From a candidate division WWE3 bacterium (GTDB lineage: Bacteria; Patescibacteriota; 4484-211; GCA-002791395), in assembly GCA_013335095.1 (NCBI GenBank), contig JAAXWF010000001.1, forward strand, positions 292,268 through 356,267: DNA of 64,000 nt, read 5' to 3'. The notes beneath the pieces were generated by a model. The model was not told the origin of the DNA. It made no database searches and saw nothing but the letters and a program-made list of their open reading frames with translations. Position 1 is the first letter of the stretch, and each line of letters starts with the position of its first letter. Of this stretch, positions 50,630-60,440 are shown piece by piece. The position numbers and the translations under genes are program-made.

Positions 50630-51616
50630 GTGGCTATCAGAGGTCGCTATCTTGGTCATTCCCGCTTGTTCGATCTTGCGGCGTTAACTCCGCTCGAATG
50701 CGAGTTACGCTATGCACTGCCGTCAGACCCGGAAGCCTTGCTTCCATCAGACGCCGACAGTCCTGATCCGTACATTCCGGGAACGTTGACCCTCGATTTT
50801 GAGGGTGAGGGACTGGACATGTTGGTGTTACGCCATCCTGGACTTAAAGGTGGCGAACTGCGTGTTCCATTTGGTGATCGCGAGAATCCGCTGACCCATT
50901 ACGGGGTTCAAGTGTTTGCTTTGATCGAAGGCACTTTCCGCAGCACCTGCCCGATGTGCCATGCTCCCAGTGTGGTCCCTGAACAGCGCTTTTGTGAGGC
51001 GTGCGGTGCGAGCCTCGTGGTCTCATTTGGACGACGACGGCAAACCGCAGTGAGTAGCATCATGCCGTGGGGGACGTCCGACATCGACTATGAAGTGGGT
51101 GCAGGGCGAGTTCTGGGACCGAACATTACTGTTGCCGCTGTTCCCCTCAAGGTTAAAGCATCCCATGGGGATGCGTTACCGCCTGAACTCATCAAATTTG
51201 AGGCTCACCTGGTGTATCGGGCGCTGAAAAAGCGAGTCGGTCACCACCTGGCGATGGGTGTGGTATGGCGAACCGAAAATGGTAGCGATGATGAGGAACT
51301 GTGTTTTCGTCCGTTGCTTTTCGCCATGGATGTGGGCCTGGCAGCGGACCTTGTATCACAAGGTTCTCATGTCGTTCGTCGATATCGGGTGCTACCGTAT
51401 TCCGATATCAATGAGGCGCTCGTTGCTTTGCTGGTTGATGATTCTCGCCAACAGCACCAGCTTGCCAGTGTCGATGGGAGACCAGCCGTGCTGGAAGTGT
51501 TTGAGTCAGTGATTTCGTTGAATTCACAACTGGAATATCCGGTTGTTTCGTTGATTATTTCAGCAAACGCTCACCCAGACGAGCTCGCTCGACTTGGGCT
51601 TTTGTTTGCTGACTAA
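50630..51616 (+). CDS. Orphan paralog family B, copy 3 (one zinc ribbon)
   Basis: CPMC..FCEACG; HPGLKGG; VLPYSDINEAL. Confidence 0.78.
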   Translation: MAIRGRYLGHSRLFDLAALTPLECELRYALPSDPEALLPSDADSPDPYIPGTLTLDFEGEGLDMLVLRHPGLKGGELRVPFGDRENPLTHYGVQVFALIEGTFRSTCPMCHAPSVVPEQRFCEACGASLVVSFGRRRQTAVSSIMPWGTSDIDYEVGAGRVLGPNITVAAVPLKVKASHGDALPPELIKFEAHLVYRALKKRVGHHLAMGVVWRTENGSDDEELCFRPLLFAMDVGLAADLVSQGSHVVRRYRVLPYSDINEALVALLVDDSRQQHQLASVDGRPAVLEVFESVISLNSQLEYPVVSLIISANAHPDELARLGLLFAD

Positions 51617-51755
51617 TCAGTTGTATCGGTAAACCAGGCCGGGGAGAAATCCTCGGCTTTTTATTAATCCTATAGTTTGACTTTATCCCGGATTTTCTTT
51701 ATACTAAAGCCACGTCATAAGTCTGGAGCGCTTCGGCGCGTTACGGAGGTAACCG

Positions 51756-52277
51756 ATGGTTATCACTAGTAGGTCGGATTTAAACCGACTGCCAATCGGG
51801 GAGATCGGACGGATGTGTCCTATGTATGTGGAACTCGCACAAATAGGACCAGAGGACTATGCCCCTGGCGTAGATAGTTCGGGGCATCCCTGTCAGAAGG
51901 CCACCTACAACTATGTTAAGGGGTGGCTAACGGCAGAGGAGATCCCGCACTTCTGGGTGTTTCGGCATCCCGGGTTGAAGAACGGAAAGCTTCGGGTCTC
52001 TGCATTCAATTCGGATGTTAAGCCGGGATTCTACAACGTTGCCCTGTATCGCTGTGACGCCCCGGCTGTGGTGGCGTCAACTCCGCCGGCTGAGTGCCCC
52101 AACTGCGGGGCGCCTATTCCGCCGGATCCTGCCGTTCGCTTCTGCGACGTCTGCGGGACATCGCTTGAGCCAATGCCTGAGTCGGCGACGCCGAATGGAC
52201 GATTTCAGATCGGGGTGAATGCCAAGATCACCTGCACCCCATCAGGCATATCAATCGTCTTCAACGTCGACGAGTAA
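51756..52277 (+). CDS. Orphan paralog family B, copy 4 (N-domain + zinc ribbon only)
   Basis: HPGLKNG; CPNCG..FCDVCG. Confidence 0.75.
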   Translation: MVITSRSDLNRLPIGEIGRMCPMYVELAQIGPEDYAPGVDSSGHPCQKATYNYVKGWLTAEEIPHFWVFRHPGLKNGKLRVSAFNSDVKPGFYNVALYRCDAPAVVASTPPAECPNCGAPIPPDPAVRFCDVCGTSLEPMPESATPNGRFQIGVNAKITCTPSGISIVFNVDE

Positions 52278-52414
52278 CGTTCACTATTCGCGTCGGTCAA
52301 AACGGGGCAGGGGATGGTTTATCCATCCTCGGCCCTGGGATTATATTTTTCCCGGTTTGTTACAATACATCTGTTGATACACTAGCCCATTAACCATGGC
52401 TTGGAGGTAATTCT

Positions 52415-53185
52415 ATGGAGGCCCAAGGATTTAGCCTGGTCCCATCCTTAGATGGTTCTCAGTCGATGCCGGAGGTATGGTATCGATTTATGGATGGGCA
52501 ACTCGAGCTCCGTTTTACCGGACTTGAGCCGTTTGCTCTGCCGATGCGACTTGTGCTTGGCGGTGGATTTGGTGGCTACCTTTTTACCACTGGACTGCAT
52601 AATCTCATCGACCTGTACTACCTTTGCCACTGGCTTGCAGCCATACAAGGTACTCCGGGCGAGATGATCGCGGCATTCAGTTATGAGTACGACCCTGATA
52701 ACGTCATGGTCCAACGAGTTGCGGCATTGTTTAAACAGTACCGGAGCCAGCTCAAACTGTTGCGTAACCAGATCGATCAGCGCTATGAGCGAATACTCGG
52801 AGCGACTAATCCCGCGACCGATCCGGGCTCGGGGGCGATTGGGATCATCGAAATTGATGGTGAATCATATTTCGAGGTTAATGCCACGCGACTTGAAGGA
52901 TCTGATGCCTTCTCGGCAAGCATCCTGCTACCCGTTGCGGCAATGCCACTGCTCTTGAGTTTAAAAGAGCAGGAAGATCAGGGGCCCTTTGGCTTCTATC
53001 TTCAAACGGTAACGGAACTGATCGGTGATTCGGTGGATATGCTCATCTGGCTATTCCACACGAATATGTTCAATCGTCCTGTATTGGAACTCTTGGAGGT
53101 TCCCACTCCCACCCGCATCTTCCTCGACCTACAGTACCAACTTGTCCAGCAAGTTATGGAGGTGATTAGGTCTTCAAGTCAGTAA
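52415..53185 (+). CDS. Orphan protein (SD-led)
   Basis: GGAGGT before ATG; terminator 53199-53223. Confidence 0.65.
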   Translation: MEAQGFSLVPSLDGSQSMPEVWYRFMDGQLELRFTGLEPFALPMRLVLGGGFGGYLFTTGLHNLIDLYYLCHWLAAIQGTPGEMIAAFSYEYDPDNVMVQRVAALFKQYRSQLKLLRNQIDQRYERILGATNPATDPGSGAIGIIEIDGESYFEVNATRLEGSDAFSASILLPVAAMPLLLSLKEQEDQGPFGFYLQTVTELIGDSVDMLIWLFHTNMFNRPVLELLEVPTPTRIFLDLQYQLVQQVMEVIRSSSQ

Positions 53186-53242
53186 ATTATTGATACTGTG
53201 GCAGGAGCATTATGCTTCTGCCATAATCTTTAAAGAGATAAA

Positions 53243-53545
53243 TTAACTAAATAACACCCCAAAAACGACAAGGGCGTTAGCAATAGTATTCAGGCTGTTG
53301 GCGATGATTAATGGTCTGTTTTGCGTCTGTAATCCGTAAATTGTCCAGCATAGAGCTAGTATGGTGTAGCCCATCCACGATAATACCGAAACTCCTTGGG
53401 TGTTCTGATTTATCCAGATTCCAATAATTTGAGGTACGGCTATTAAAGGTTGGATTATCGCAACGATGTAAATAAAAAAATGATGTGGATGATTACTAGT
53501 CGAAGTATTTTTTTTCGCCACCAATGTAAGAGTAACAGAATTCAT
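53243..53545 (-). CDS. SemiSWEET/PQ-loop family membrane protein
   Basis: IAVPQI, QGVS, WTIYG, PLIIAN; three TM helices. Confidence 0.8.
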   Translation of the reverse strand: MNSVTLTLVAKKNTSTSNHPHHFFIYIVAIIQPLIAVPQIIGIWINQNTQGVSVLSWMGYTILALCWTIYGLQTQNRPLIIANSLNTIANALVVFGVLFS

Positions 53546-53654
53546 GTTTGTATTTCAATCCGTATAAACAATATGGTTTTAGAAGAGGGAATAGATCCTA
53601 TGGGGTATAATGATTTCGCGCGTTTTTCGATATCGGACATCATAAGGAGGCTAC

Positions 53655-54671
53655 ATGGCCGCAGGTTCAGAAGTTCGCCAGCTTGCAGTTAAGGCAGCTG
53701 CGATCATTCAGGCCGAACCGGATACCCACATTCAGCACGATCGAATTGCCGAGATCGTCGGTCAGGTTATTGCTGATGCTGGGGTCGTGAATGCAAAGCG
53801 AAGGGGGATCGCTGCTCGGATTTTAACCGAGCTCACGGAGTATTGCGGTTTCTGGCGTTATGCGTCAGTGTGGGTCACCTTACCCAGACGTTCATCTGAT
53901 TGGATGAACCATGGGAAGGGGGACTTTGTCGTTTTTTGGACCTTACATTTCTTTGGTCCACAGAAGCTAGACGCACTCAATGCTCTGTATTTAGTGTGTT
54001 CTGCGTCACCTAAATCCCTACCGGATGGTTTTAAAGACGCTCTTAATTCACTTATGACCAGTAAGTGGATTGGGGTGGATGAAGGCGATGATCTGATCGC
54101 ACTGACTGAATGCGGTGAAATGCTGGTTAAGCTTTCGCTTGCAACTGAGGTCGATCCACAGCTCATCACTCAAGTTGTCCGACTGCGCCACTCACTCGGT
54201 TTTCGATATGGACGCGATACCCAAGATTGGTTTCGCAACTTGGGTGTCGGCGATTGGAAGAGCAAAGGTCCGGGTAAGCCCTCGCAGCTCACGTGGGCAG
54301 ATCATGCCGTGCAGGATATCGTCGTTGAAGAAGCTGGGGGACAGGCCAGGTACTCCGGTACCTCTTTGCTGCATCGATTGCCGCTAGACTCTGCTGCACA
54401 GTTGGTGCTGGGTAAGATCGTCGCGCTGCTCGTTCAATACGGCAGCTGGGCGATCCGCAAGGAGGAGCTCCTCCGTGAGATGTATGGGGGCGGTTGGGGT
54501 ATGTCAGTGTGGACGCCCTCTGAATTCGTCGAAGCAGTAATTGGCTACCTCATCAAGACGGGCCTGATCGTCTGTTACTCTCATAAAGTAACGGGTCAGG
54601 AGTGGTTTTGTTTAGCCCATTGTCAGCTACACGAGACGCTCATCGATCAACTCGATTTGGTTCGTAGCTAA
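53655..54671 (+). CDS. Orphan protein, possible winged-helix segments (SD-led)
   Basis: TAAGGAGG; LNSLMTSKWI..LTECG and IGYLIKTGLI wHTH-like patterns. Confidence 0.6.
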   Translation: MAAGSEVRQLAVKAAAIIQAEPDTHIQHDRIAEIVGQVIADAGVVNAKRRGIAARILTELTEYCGFWRYASVWVTLPRRSSDWMNHGKGDFVVFWTLHFFGPQKLDALNALYLVCSASPKSLPDGFKDALNSLMTSKWIGVDEGDDLIALTECGEMLVKLSLATEVDPQLITQVVRLRHSLGFRYGRDTQDWFRNLGVGDWKSKGPGKPSQLTWADHAVQDIVVEEAGGQARYSGTSLLHRLPLDSAAQLVLGKIVALLVQYGSWAIRKEELLREMYGGGWGMSVWTPSEFVEAVIGYLIKTGLIVCYSHKVTGQEWFCLAHCQLHETLIDQLDLVRS

Positions 54672-54726
54672 GCCTACCTTGAATAGTTAATTAAACTTGG
54701 CCTGCAATCATATACGATTGCAGGCA

Positions 54727-55035
54727 TTACATAACAAACCCTTTTTGTAAAACCAAACTAATAAATACAATAATTGTTGATAATAAATTCAGAGCATTGA
54801 GGATAATTAATATTTCGTTTCGTGAATAAATTGTGTATATAAACCAACTTAAAGATATTAGTCCATAACCTCCAAACATCACGATCGAGAGTGATTCTAT
54901 CTTATGAAAACCCAACACCTCAACCAGCTGCCAGGTATTCATTATTAATATTCCACTTGTTACTAAATATGGCGAAAGTTGGGAGAATGGTAGTTTTTGA
55001 AGCTTGTGATTAATTTTACTAATAATGCGTTTCAT
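54727..55035 (-). CDS. Diverged SemiSWEET/PQ-loop-like membrane protein
   Basis: Three TM helices, WQ in place of PQ, ESLS, WFIY, IILN. Confidence 0.55.
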   Translation of the reverse strand: MKRIISKINHKLQKLPFSQLSPYLVTSGILIMNTWQLVEVLGFHKIESLSIVMFGGYGLISLSWFIYTIYSRNEILIILNALNLLSTIIVFISLVLQKGFVM

Positions 55036-55101
55036 AGGCCATTTATAGAGTATCAAAAAAAGATGCCTGGGAGAATTAAATCCCAGGCGTTTACGTAGCT
55101 A

Positions 55102-55755
55102 CTATTCTTCGGGCAAGGGTGGTTCTTTACCTTCCCATTTTTGCCATATCGGATTCGTCTGTTGATCTCGCGGCATGTTGTGGGTTTCAAATTCTGCCCA
55201 CCATGCAGCTGGATCTGGTAGGTGTGTGAGGACGGTTGCTGACCGATCACCATACTCCACAACACGCGAAAAGACCTTTGGCGTCTCGAAATGATTTCGA
55301 CGAGCAAGAGCTCGGTCTCGATCTTTGTTTGTTGGCCAGGTAACTAAGTACCAGGTTAACTGGCGTAGAGTCAAACCATTGACTATTGTTTGAGACAGGC
55401 CTTGTTTTAGCCATCTCATCGTGATGTTGTAAATATCGATTTGACCCATGATCCTACTCGGTATTCGTGGACCAAATAGGCTAATGGCAGCTGTTGCCCC
55501 ATGTGCTGGCTTGGTGATGCGTAAAGATCCTAGTAGTCCACCGACTTCATAGTCGATGATACTATGTTTGCGATATCCGGCAACGGTTTCGGCTAATATC
55601 CGTGCGGTTGCATCATCCAGATCGACCCGTAAATAAGGATCAATCGCCATTCCCGATACGACAACGTATCCCCCCAAAAGGGTGATGGGTCCAACATCTG
55701 GTATGCACACCAGTAATCCTCGGTTGCCGACCTCGATTAGTTGCGATAGACTCAT
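55102..55755 (-). CDS. Orphan protein (SD-led)
   Basis: TAAGGAGG before ATG; terminator 55065-55088. Confidence 0.65.
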   Translation of the reverse strand: MSLSQLIEVGNRGLLVCIPDVGPITLLGGYVVVSGMAIDPYLRVDLDDATARILAETVAGYRKHSIIDYEVGGLLGSLRITKPAHGATAAISLFGPRIPSRIMGQIDIYNITMRWLKQGLSQTIVNGLTLRQLTWYLVTWPTNKDRDRALARRNHFETPKVFSRVVEYGDRSATVLTHLPDPAAWWAEFETHNMPRDQQTNPIWQKWEGKEPPLPEE

Positions 55756-55883
55756 CGCGCCTCCTTAGGCTTTGTAGTGCCTATTCCTAGTATTCTAATA
55801 CTTGATAATTATAAAGCACATAATCAAAAAGCCGGAGAAAGAATATTCTCCGGCTCGGTGTAAAAATGTTGTAGTGTATTGTT

Positions 55884-56240
55884 TTACGTTAGTTTCGATT
55901 CCTCGTCTAGCCAGATCGAGCTAATCGGTGCATTAACTTGCATCAGTCGAGGGTAGAGCCATCCCCACACTAACGCAATTTGCTGACCTTGGATAAAGAC
56001 ATACCCACTCACTGGCTCCTTTGTATCAGATGAGATTACCTGATAACGAACGCCATCGCTCTCATCTTTGATCACCTGCGAGACTCGTTGAGTCCCTCGG
56101 CAATAATTGATTGTGATTTGATGGATCGTTGGTTCTAGCGCGCTACGTAGGGTTACTTCTACGTTTAAGTCCGGCACACTTCCTTCTTGGAACACTCGTT
56201 CCAGTACCAAACGTGATGGATCCGCAAGGGCGGTTCGCAT
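55884..56240 (-). CDS. Orphan protein (SD-led)
   Basis: GGAGGT before ATG; TGGTATAAT upstream; terminator 55830-55855. Confidence 0.6.
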   Translation of the reverse strand: MRTALADPSRLVLERVFQEGSVPDLNVEVTLRSALEPTIHQITINYCRGTQRVSQVIKDESDGVRYQVISSDTKEPVSGYVFIQGQQIALVWGWLYPRLMQVNAPISSIWLDEESKLT

Positions 56241-56458
56241 GGCAAACCTCCATGGAGTTTGACCGGCGGGAATTGCCCTCTGATTATACCAAAAATGGGT
56301 TTTTATTGTTTTTTCTTTAGATTAGTGTTTGCACTATATGCAATAGGTGTGTTACAGTAGTACATTGACTCTTGCGTTGTGGATCGCCAGAGTGTGTGGA
56401 TAAGCGGGGGCGTTGTAGCGCCCCCGCAGGCTTTTCCCCATAAGAGCAACGAGGCTCT

Positions 56459-56647
56459 CTAGTCTGCAGCCCCATGGCTGCTAGTGAACGCGGTGGGGGA
56501 GGCCGCGCTTCCATTGCCGTTAGGCGGGGCGACATCATCGATATCGCCGGTGAACGAACCCAATGGGGTGAACCCTCTCTGATGGGCAAAAAGCCCTAGG
56601 CCTGCTAGGACTACCCCACCTCCAAAAGCTGCTATTAGAAACAGCAT
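56459..56647 (-). CDS. Small single-TM protein (SD-led)
   Basis: AAGGAGGG before ATG; 3' hairpin 56404-56427. Confidence 0.55.
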   Translation of the reverse strand: MLFLIAAFGGGVVLAGLGLFAHQRGFTPLGSFTGDIDDVAPPNGNGSAASPTAFTSSHGAAD

Positions 56648-56764
56648 ATCGACCCTCCTTCCGACGTGGATGGTTATAGGCTCTATTATACGCTAGCTGT
56701 GCTAGTTAACTCTAAATATATCAAATTGAAAATAAAATGTACTCTATTTGGATTAAGGATTTCT

Positions 56765-58576
56765 TTAAAAACTTTGCATCCTTCTCATTGCCTGAGACAT
56801 TGGCAGAACTTCAATTCCGCTTGAAGAAGCATAATTTACGATTGTTTGAAAATTACTTTGTAGATATTCAATTGATGAACTTGGTGCAGTCGGTGTAATC
56901 CGGTGGAACGTGAGTATTAACCATTCTTTGTTCGCTATCGCTGAATCAATCCAGCCTTGAACCGTTGCGGTACTATCATAATCATGGACGATTCTAGAAT
57001 GAATGGTCATCGGATTCATATAGGAAATTGGTTGATTCGTGTTAACAATAGTACGGGCAAGTGAATAATACTTTTGAGTAAGTGTCATAATACTAGGATT
57101 AACCCCACCGTTAGGATACGCAAAGATTTCTGCACCTCTATATCCGTGTGATTGTAGATATTGTTTGGTTGAGCTCAAGTTACTTTCTTGATCGGCTGCG
57201 GATAGGGTTGTTAAATTGGTTTCGCCATGGCCGCTAATCTCCCACCCAGAATTATGCATTGTGTCAACTTGGGTTTGTGTCATATAGCCATTGGTACCGA
57301 GATATGATGGGATGATAAACAAGTTGCCTTTATAACCTTTGGATTCCATCACTTGCCGGGCTAGCGTATAGTCCGAGCTGTGGCCATCATCAAATGTTAT
57401 GCTTAGCATGCTTCTTGATGAGTTGCTAATAACCCCATATTCATCAAACCATATCGATGGTGTCGTTCCACTATTACCTATTCCACGTACAATTAATTGA
57501 TTCACGGTGGACCAATTTGGACTACCAACAGAAGTAAAATGGGAAGTTGGAATGATAAATTCTATCCATTGATTATTCCAATCGGTAGGGGTTGTTAGTA
57601 ATGGGCGAATACTGGCTTGAAAATGATCGACAAATTGACCATTTGTCGATACCAGCAGACGAACCTCGTTTATATTCGACCAGTTATCTACTTTGACCCA
57701 GATCTTTATGAATTTACCGCTCCAGTCCTGAGTGCCTGAGAGCGTCTTTCTGGCACCAGAGTTTGTTGCATTATTACTTGTTACTACTTTGACTGATGAT
57801 GTCCCACTCTTATAGTCGCTCGTATCATAAGAGATCGTGCCGTTCCCATAAAAGCTCGACCAACCGGATTCCATTTGATCTATGTATACATAGTTGCGTT
57901 GTATTGGTAATACCGAACTATACCCACCCAAAGCCGTGTTTGATTGAATTTGAGTAGTTGTTTCTGCTTTGGTGTAGTATCGATCATCGTGCGCGTGTGT
58001 TGTATCTGATTTATTAGCAAGCAAGGCAGTTGTTTCGGTCTCGGTAAAATATTTGTCATCGTGGTCGTGGGTTGATGCTGATTTACCAGAGAGCGCAGAA
58101 TCAACTTCCGTTTTAGTGTAATAGTTACTCAGTCCGGTGGTGTTTGCTTTGGTATCTAAAAGCGTATTCGATTCGGTCTTTGAATAATAGAGCGAGTTGT
58201 GATCGTGATTTGTATTTGCTTTTGCACCAAGTAAATTACCCGTTTCTGTTTTGGTATAGTAACTATTTTTTGATGTTGCCCAGAGGGGGTCTGATTCAGC
58301 TCCTGGTTTAATATATCGGCTATCCAAAAGCTTTCCGAGATCCGTTTGTTCAAAATTATTTACCAAATAGGTGATTACATCCATAACTACTGATGAAGGC
58401 GCTGTTTTGGACGATGTATCGGGAAGCTTTGAGGCCCCAAGAGTTGGTGTAATAGATTCATTCGCAGATGGATTCGATGGTTCTATTAAGGTATAACGAA
58501 AAACATAAAAATAATACGCATTAATTGAAATGATTCCCGTAAATAATGCTAAAAAAAATTTCCAACGGATTTTCAT
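56765..58576 (-). CDS. Membrane-anchored polysaccharide deacetylase (NodB) with tail-fibre-like repeats
   Basis: ITFDDG, WEISGHG, FAYPNG, LTFH; repeated HxHDDxYYTKxE. Confidence 0.85.
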   Translation of the reverse strand: MKIRWKFFLALFTGIISINAYYFYVFRYTLIEPSNPSANESITPTLGASKLPDTSSKTAPSSVVMDVITYLVNNFEQTDLGKLLDSRYIKPGAESDPLWATSKNSYYTKTETGNLLGAKANTNHDHNSLYYSKTESNTLLDTKANTTGLSNYYTKTEVDSALSGKSASTHDHDDKYFTETETTALLANKSDTTHAHDDRYYTKAETTTQIQSNTALGGYSSVLPIQRNYVYIDQMESGWSSFYGNGTISYDTSDYKSGTSSVKVVTSNNATNSGARKTLSGTQDWSGKFIKIWVKVDNWSNINEVRLLVSTNGQFVDHFQASIRPLLTTPTDWNNQWIEFIIPTSHFTSVGSPNWSTVNQLIVRGIGNSGTTPSIWFDEYGVISNSSRSMLSITFDDGHSSDYTLARQVMESKGYKGNLFIIPSYLGTNGYMTQTQVDTMHNSGWEISGHGETNLTTLSAADQESNLSSTKQYLQSHGYRGAEIFAYPNGGVNPSIMTLTQKYYSLARTIVNTNQPISYMNPMTIHSRIVHDYDSTATVQGWIDSAIANKEWLILTFHRITPTAPSSSIEYLQSNFQTIVNYASSSGIEVLPMSQAMRRMQSF

Positions 58577-58762
58577 AGGCAGGTTTTATTCAATACATAC
58601 TCACAATCATAACCGAAAAGGTTGATTATGATGTTCATACATACTATTTGTATTACGGATTTCAATTTTATGCAATTTTTTCTTTAAAAAAATGATTAAC
58701 TAGAGTTGATGTATAAATAAAAAATGCCAGGTACTCACTTTGGGTGAGCACCTGGCATGGTC

Positions 58763-60430
58763 TTAAGGCGGCGGCATGTTTACTCCCTCTGGGGGAGGTT
58801 GTTCAAGCCGCCTTTCCTCCACGAACTGTTGGAGCGCGTCCCGATTGATTTTACAGACCTCAACGGTGTCTTTAAACCCGTCGAAGACCTGTACCGTCGC
58901 ACAGTAGCGCGCTACATTCCGTCGACCGCCAATCGCCTGTGGAATATCGGCGGTCGTTGAGCGATACAGCCCAAGGTATTCTACTTTCAGAGCAAGTAGC
59001 TCCTCGGGTGAGCTCTGATCGATCCGGGCATATGGCTGGGGAATGAGTACCCCAATATATGGTTCCGTACCGATTATCGCGTCTTGCGGTAGCATTGCCC
59101 CCATGAAGTCGGCAGACCGCTCTACCGCATTTCCTCGTGCAGTCAGAACACGGGTATAGTAGGTCCCCGCATTCATAACTACCACCACTGCTAGTATGAC
59201 CATAGTCGTCTTCGGACGCTTTTTGTAGAGCGTTGTCAGACCAATGGCAAGCAGTGTCAAAAGCGGCAGTTGCCAGAGCATGAAGTAGTGCGGACTTTTA
59301 AGGGCCGCACCGGCTCCAAATACTAAGGCGCCTACCGACCACGCGACGATCACCCAGGTAACCCGCTGCATCTGCAGACTCTCGACGATGCGCTGGACTG
59401 CTTTTGCAGATCTAAAGGTTACTCCAAGGCCTACTCCTACAAGCATCAGATACTGATTGCTAAAAAGAATTCCGATGCTCAGGAGTCCTGCGCCTACTCC
59501 CCAAGTCAGGGCCGTATGCAGGTTTGGTCGTGCCACGATCCGGCGTAGGATTCGTGACGAGTAACCTGCCGCGGCAATTGCTGCTCCTCCAAGGAGTCCC
59601 ACAATCGTCGTCGGGAAGATCCAGTATCGTTCGGTCACCACCTCTATGATGTGACCGATACCGTAATTAAGTCCTCGCGACGGGCGAAGACCAAATGTTC
59701 GGTACACTTGGACCATAGTCGGCTCGAGCCATTCGCCATGCCACCGGACATACATCGCGGTGCCGTAGGCGATCGTAACGAGCGCTACCATAATTCCAAG
59801 GACGATATGTCCTTTCCAGTGACGTCTGTCAATCAACCAGTACGCCACTACTCCGAAGATCAGGTAGACCCCGATATGCTTATAGATAAACGGAAGTGCT
59901 ATTGCCACTCCCGCGATCATGTAGCGTATCAAGGACTCCTTCCCATCCACCGAAATTGCACGGTAATAGAGGATAACCGCGACCACAATTAAGACCATCT
60001 GGATATTCTCCAGATAGACCATACTGTTGGTCACGACCATCCAGCCATCCAGACCGAGCAGCATCAAACAAATGGTCCCTGCCGGTTTATCAACAACTCG
60101 TCGTAGAAAGATGCTCAGCATCGTGATGGCGAGAGTTGACGTTACTGCCGACAGAAGTCGTGCCTGGATTACCCCAAGTCCGAATACCTGCATCCACCCC
60201 CAGATTACGTAGAATCCGAAGAAGGGGTGGAAGTGGTATGCCCGTACTGCTTCATGCAGCTCTCCCCGAAGGGCTGGGTATCCAACTCGACTGATGAACC
60301 GAGCCGCCGTGTAATTGATAGGCTCGTCCACCTCCATACCAACCTGTTGAGCTGCGATGACTCTTAGGGCTAGTACGATCAGCACTAGGCCGATAAATGC
60401 AAATCGGCTTTCCAAAATCCGTTTACTCAT
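58763..60430 (-). CDS. ArnT/PMT-like (GT-C fold) glycosyltransferase
   Basis: VDE acidic loop, FHP, ARLLS, many TM helices. Confidence 0.75.
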   Translation of the reverse strand: MSKRILESRFAFIGLVLIVLALRVIAAQQVGMEVDEPINYTAARFISRVGYPALRGELHEAVRAYHFHPFFGFYVIWGWMQVFGLGVIQARLLSAVTSTLAITMLSIFLRRVVDKPAGTICLMLLGLDGWMVVTNSMVYLENIQMVLIVVAVILYYRAISVDGKESLIRYMIAGVAIALPFIYKHIGVYLIFGVVAYWLIDRRHWKGHIVLGIMVALVTIAYGTAMYVRWHGEWLEPTMVQVYRTFGLRPSRGLNYGIGHIIEVVTERYWIFPTTIVGLLGGAAIAAAGYSSRILRRIVARPNLHTALTWGVGAGLLSIGILFSNQYLMLVGVGLGVTFRSAKAVQRIVESLQMQRVTWVIVAWSVGALVFGAGAALKSPHYFMLWQLPLLTLLAIGLTTLYKKRPKTTMVILAVVVVMNAGTYYTRVLTARGNAVERSADFMGAMLPQDAIIGTEPYIGVLIPQPYARIDQSSPEELLALKVEYLGLYRSTTADIPQAIGGRRNVARYCATVQVFDGFKDTVEVCKINRDALQQFVEERRLEQPPPEGVNMPPP

Positions 60431-60440
60431 CTTCCTCACC

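Larger units (their letters stand above)
48440..51713 (+). repeat. Four copies of promoter module CCYATAGTTTGAC-N-TATACTAAWGCCAC
   Basis: Copies at 48440, 49357, 50551, 51669, each with a 17-nt spacer and followed by GGAGGTA. Confidence 0.85.

Noticed and set aside
37298-52277. Diversity-generating retroelement behind the paralog arrays
   Set aside because: No reverse transcriptase and no near-identical template/variable repeat pair seen
56395-56403. Isolated perfect DnaA box
   Set aside because: Single copy far from the cluster; compatible with chance
17597-56647. Integron gene-cassette interpretation of the stand-alone genes
   Set aside because: No attC-type RYYYAAC..GTTRRRY sites recognised, cassettes have their own promoters and occur on both strands, and the recombinase looks Xer-like
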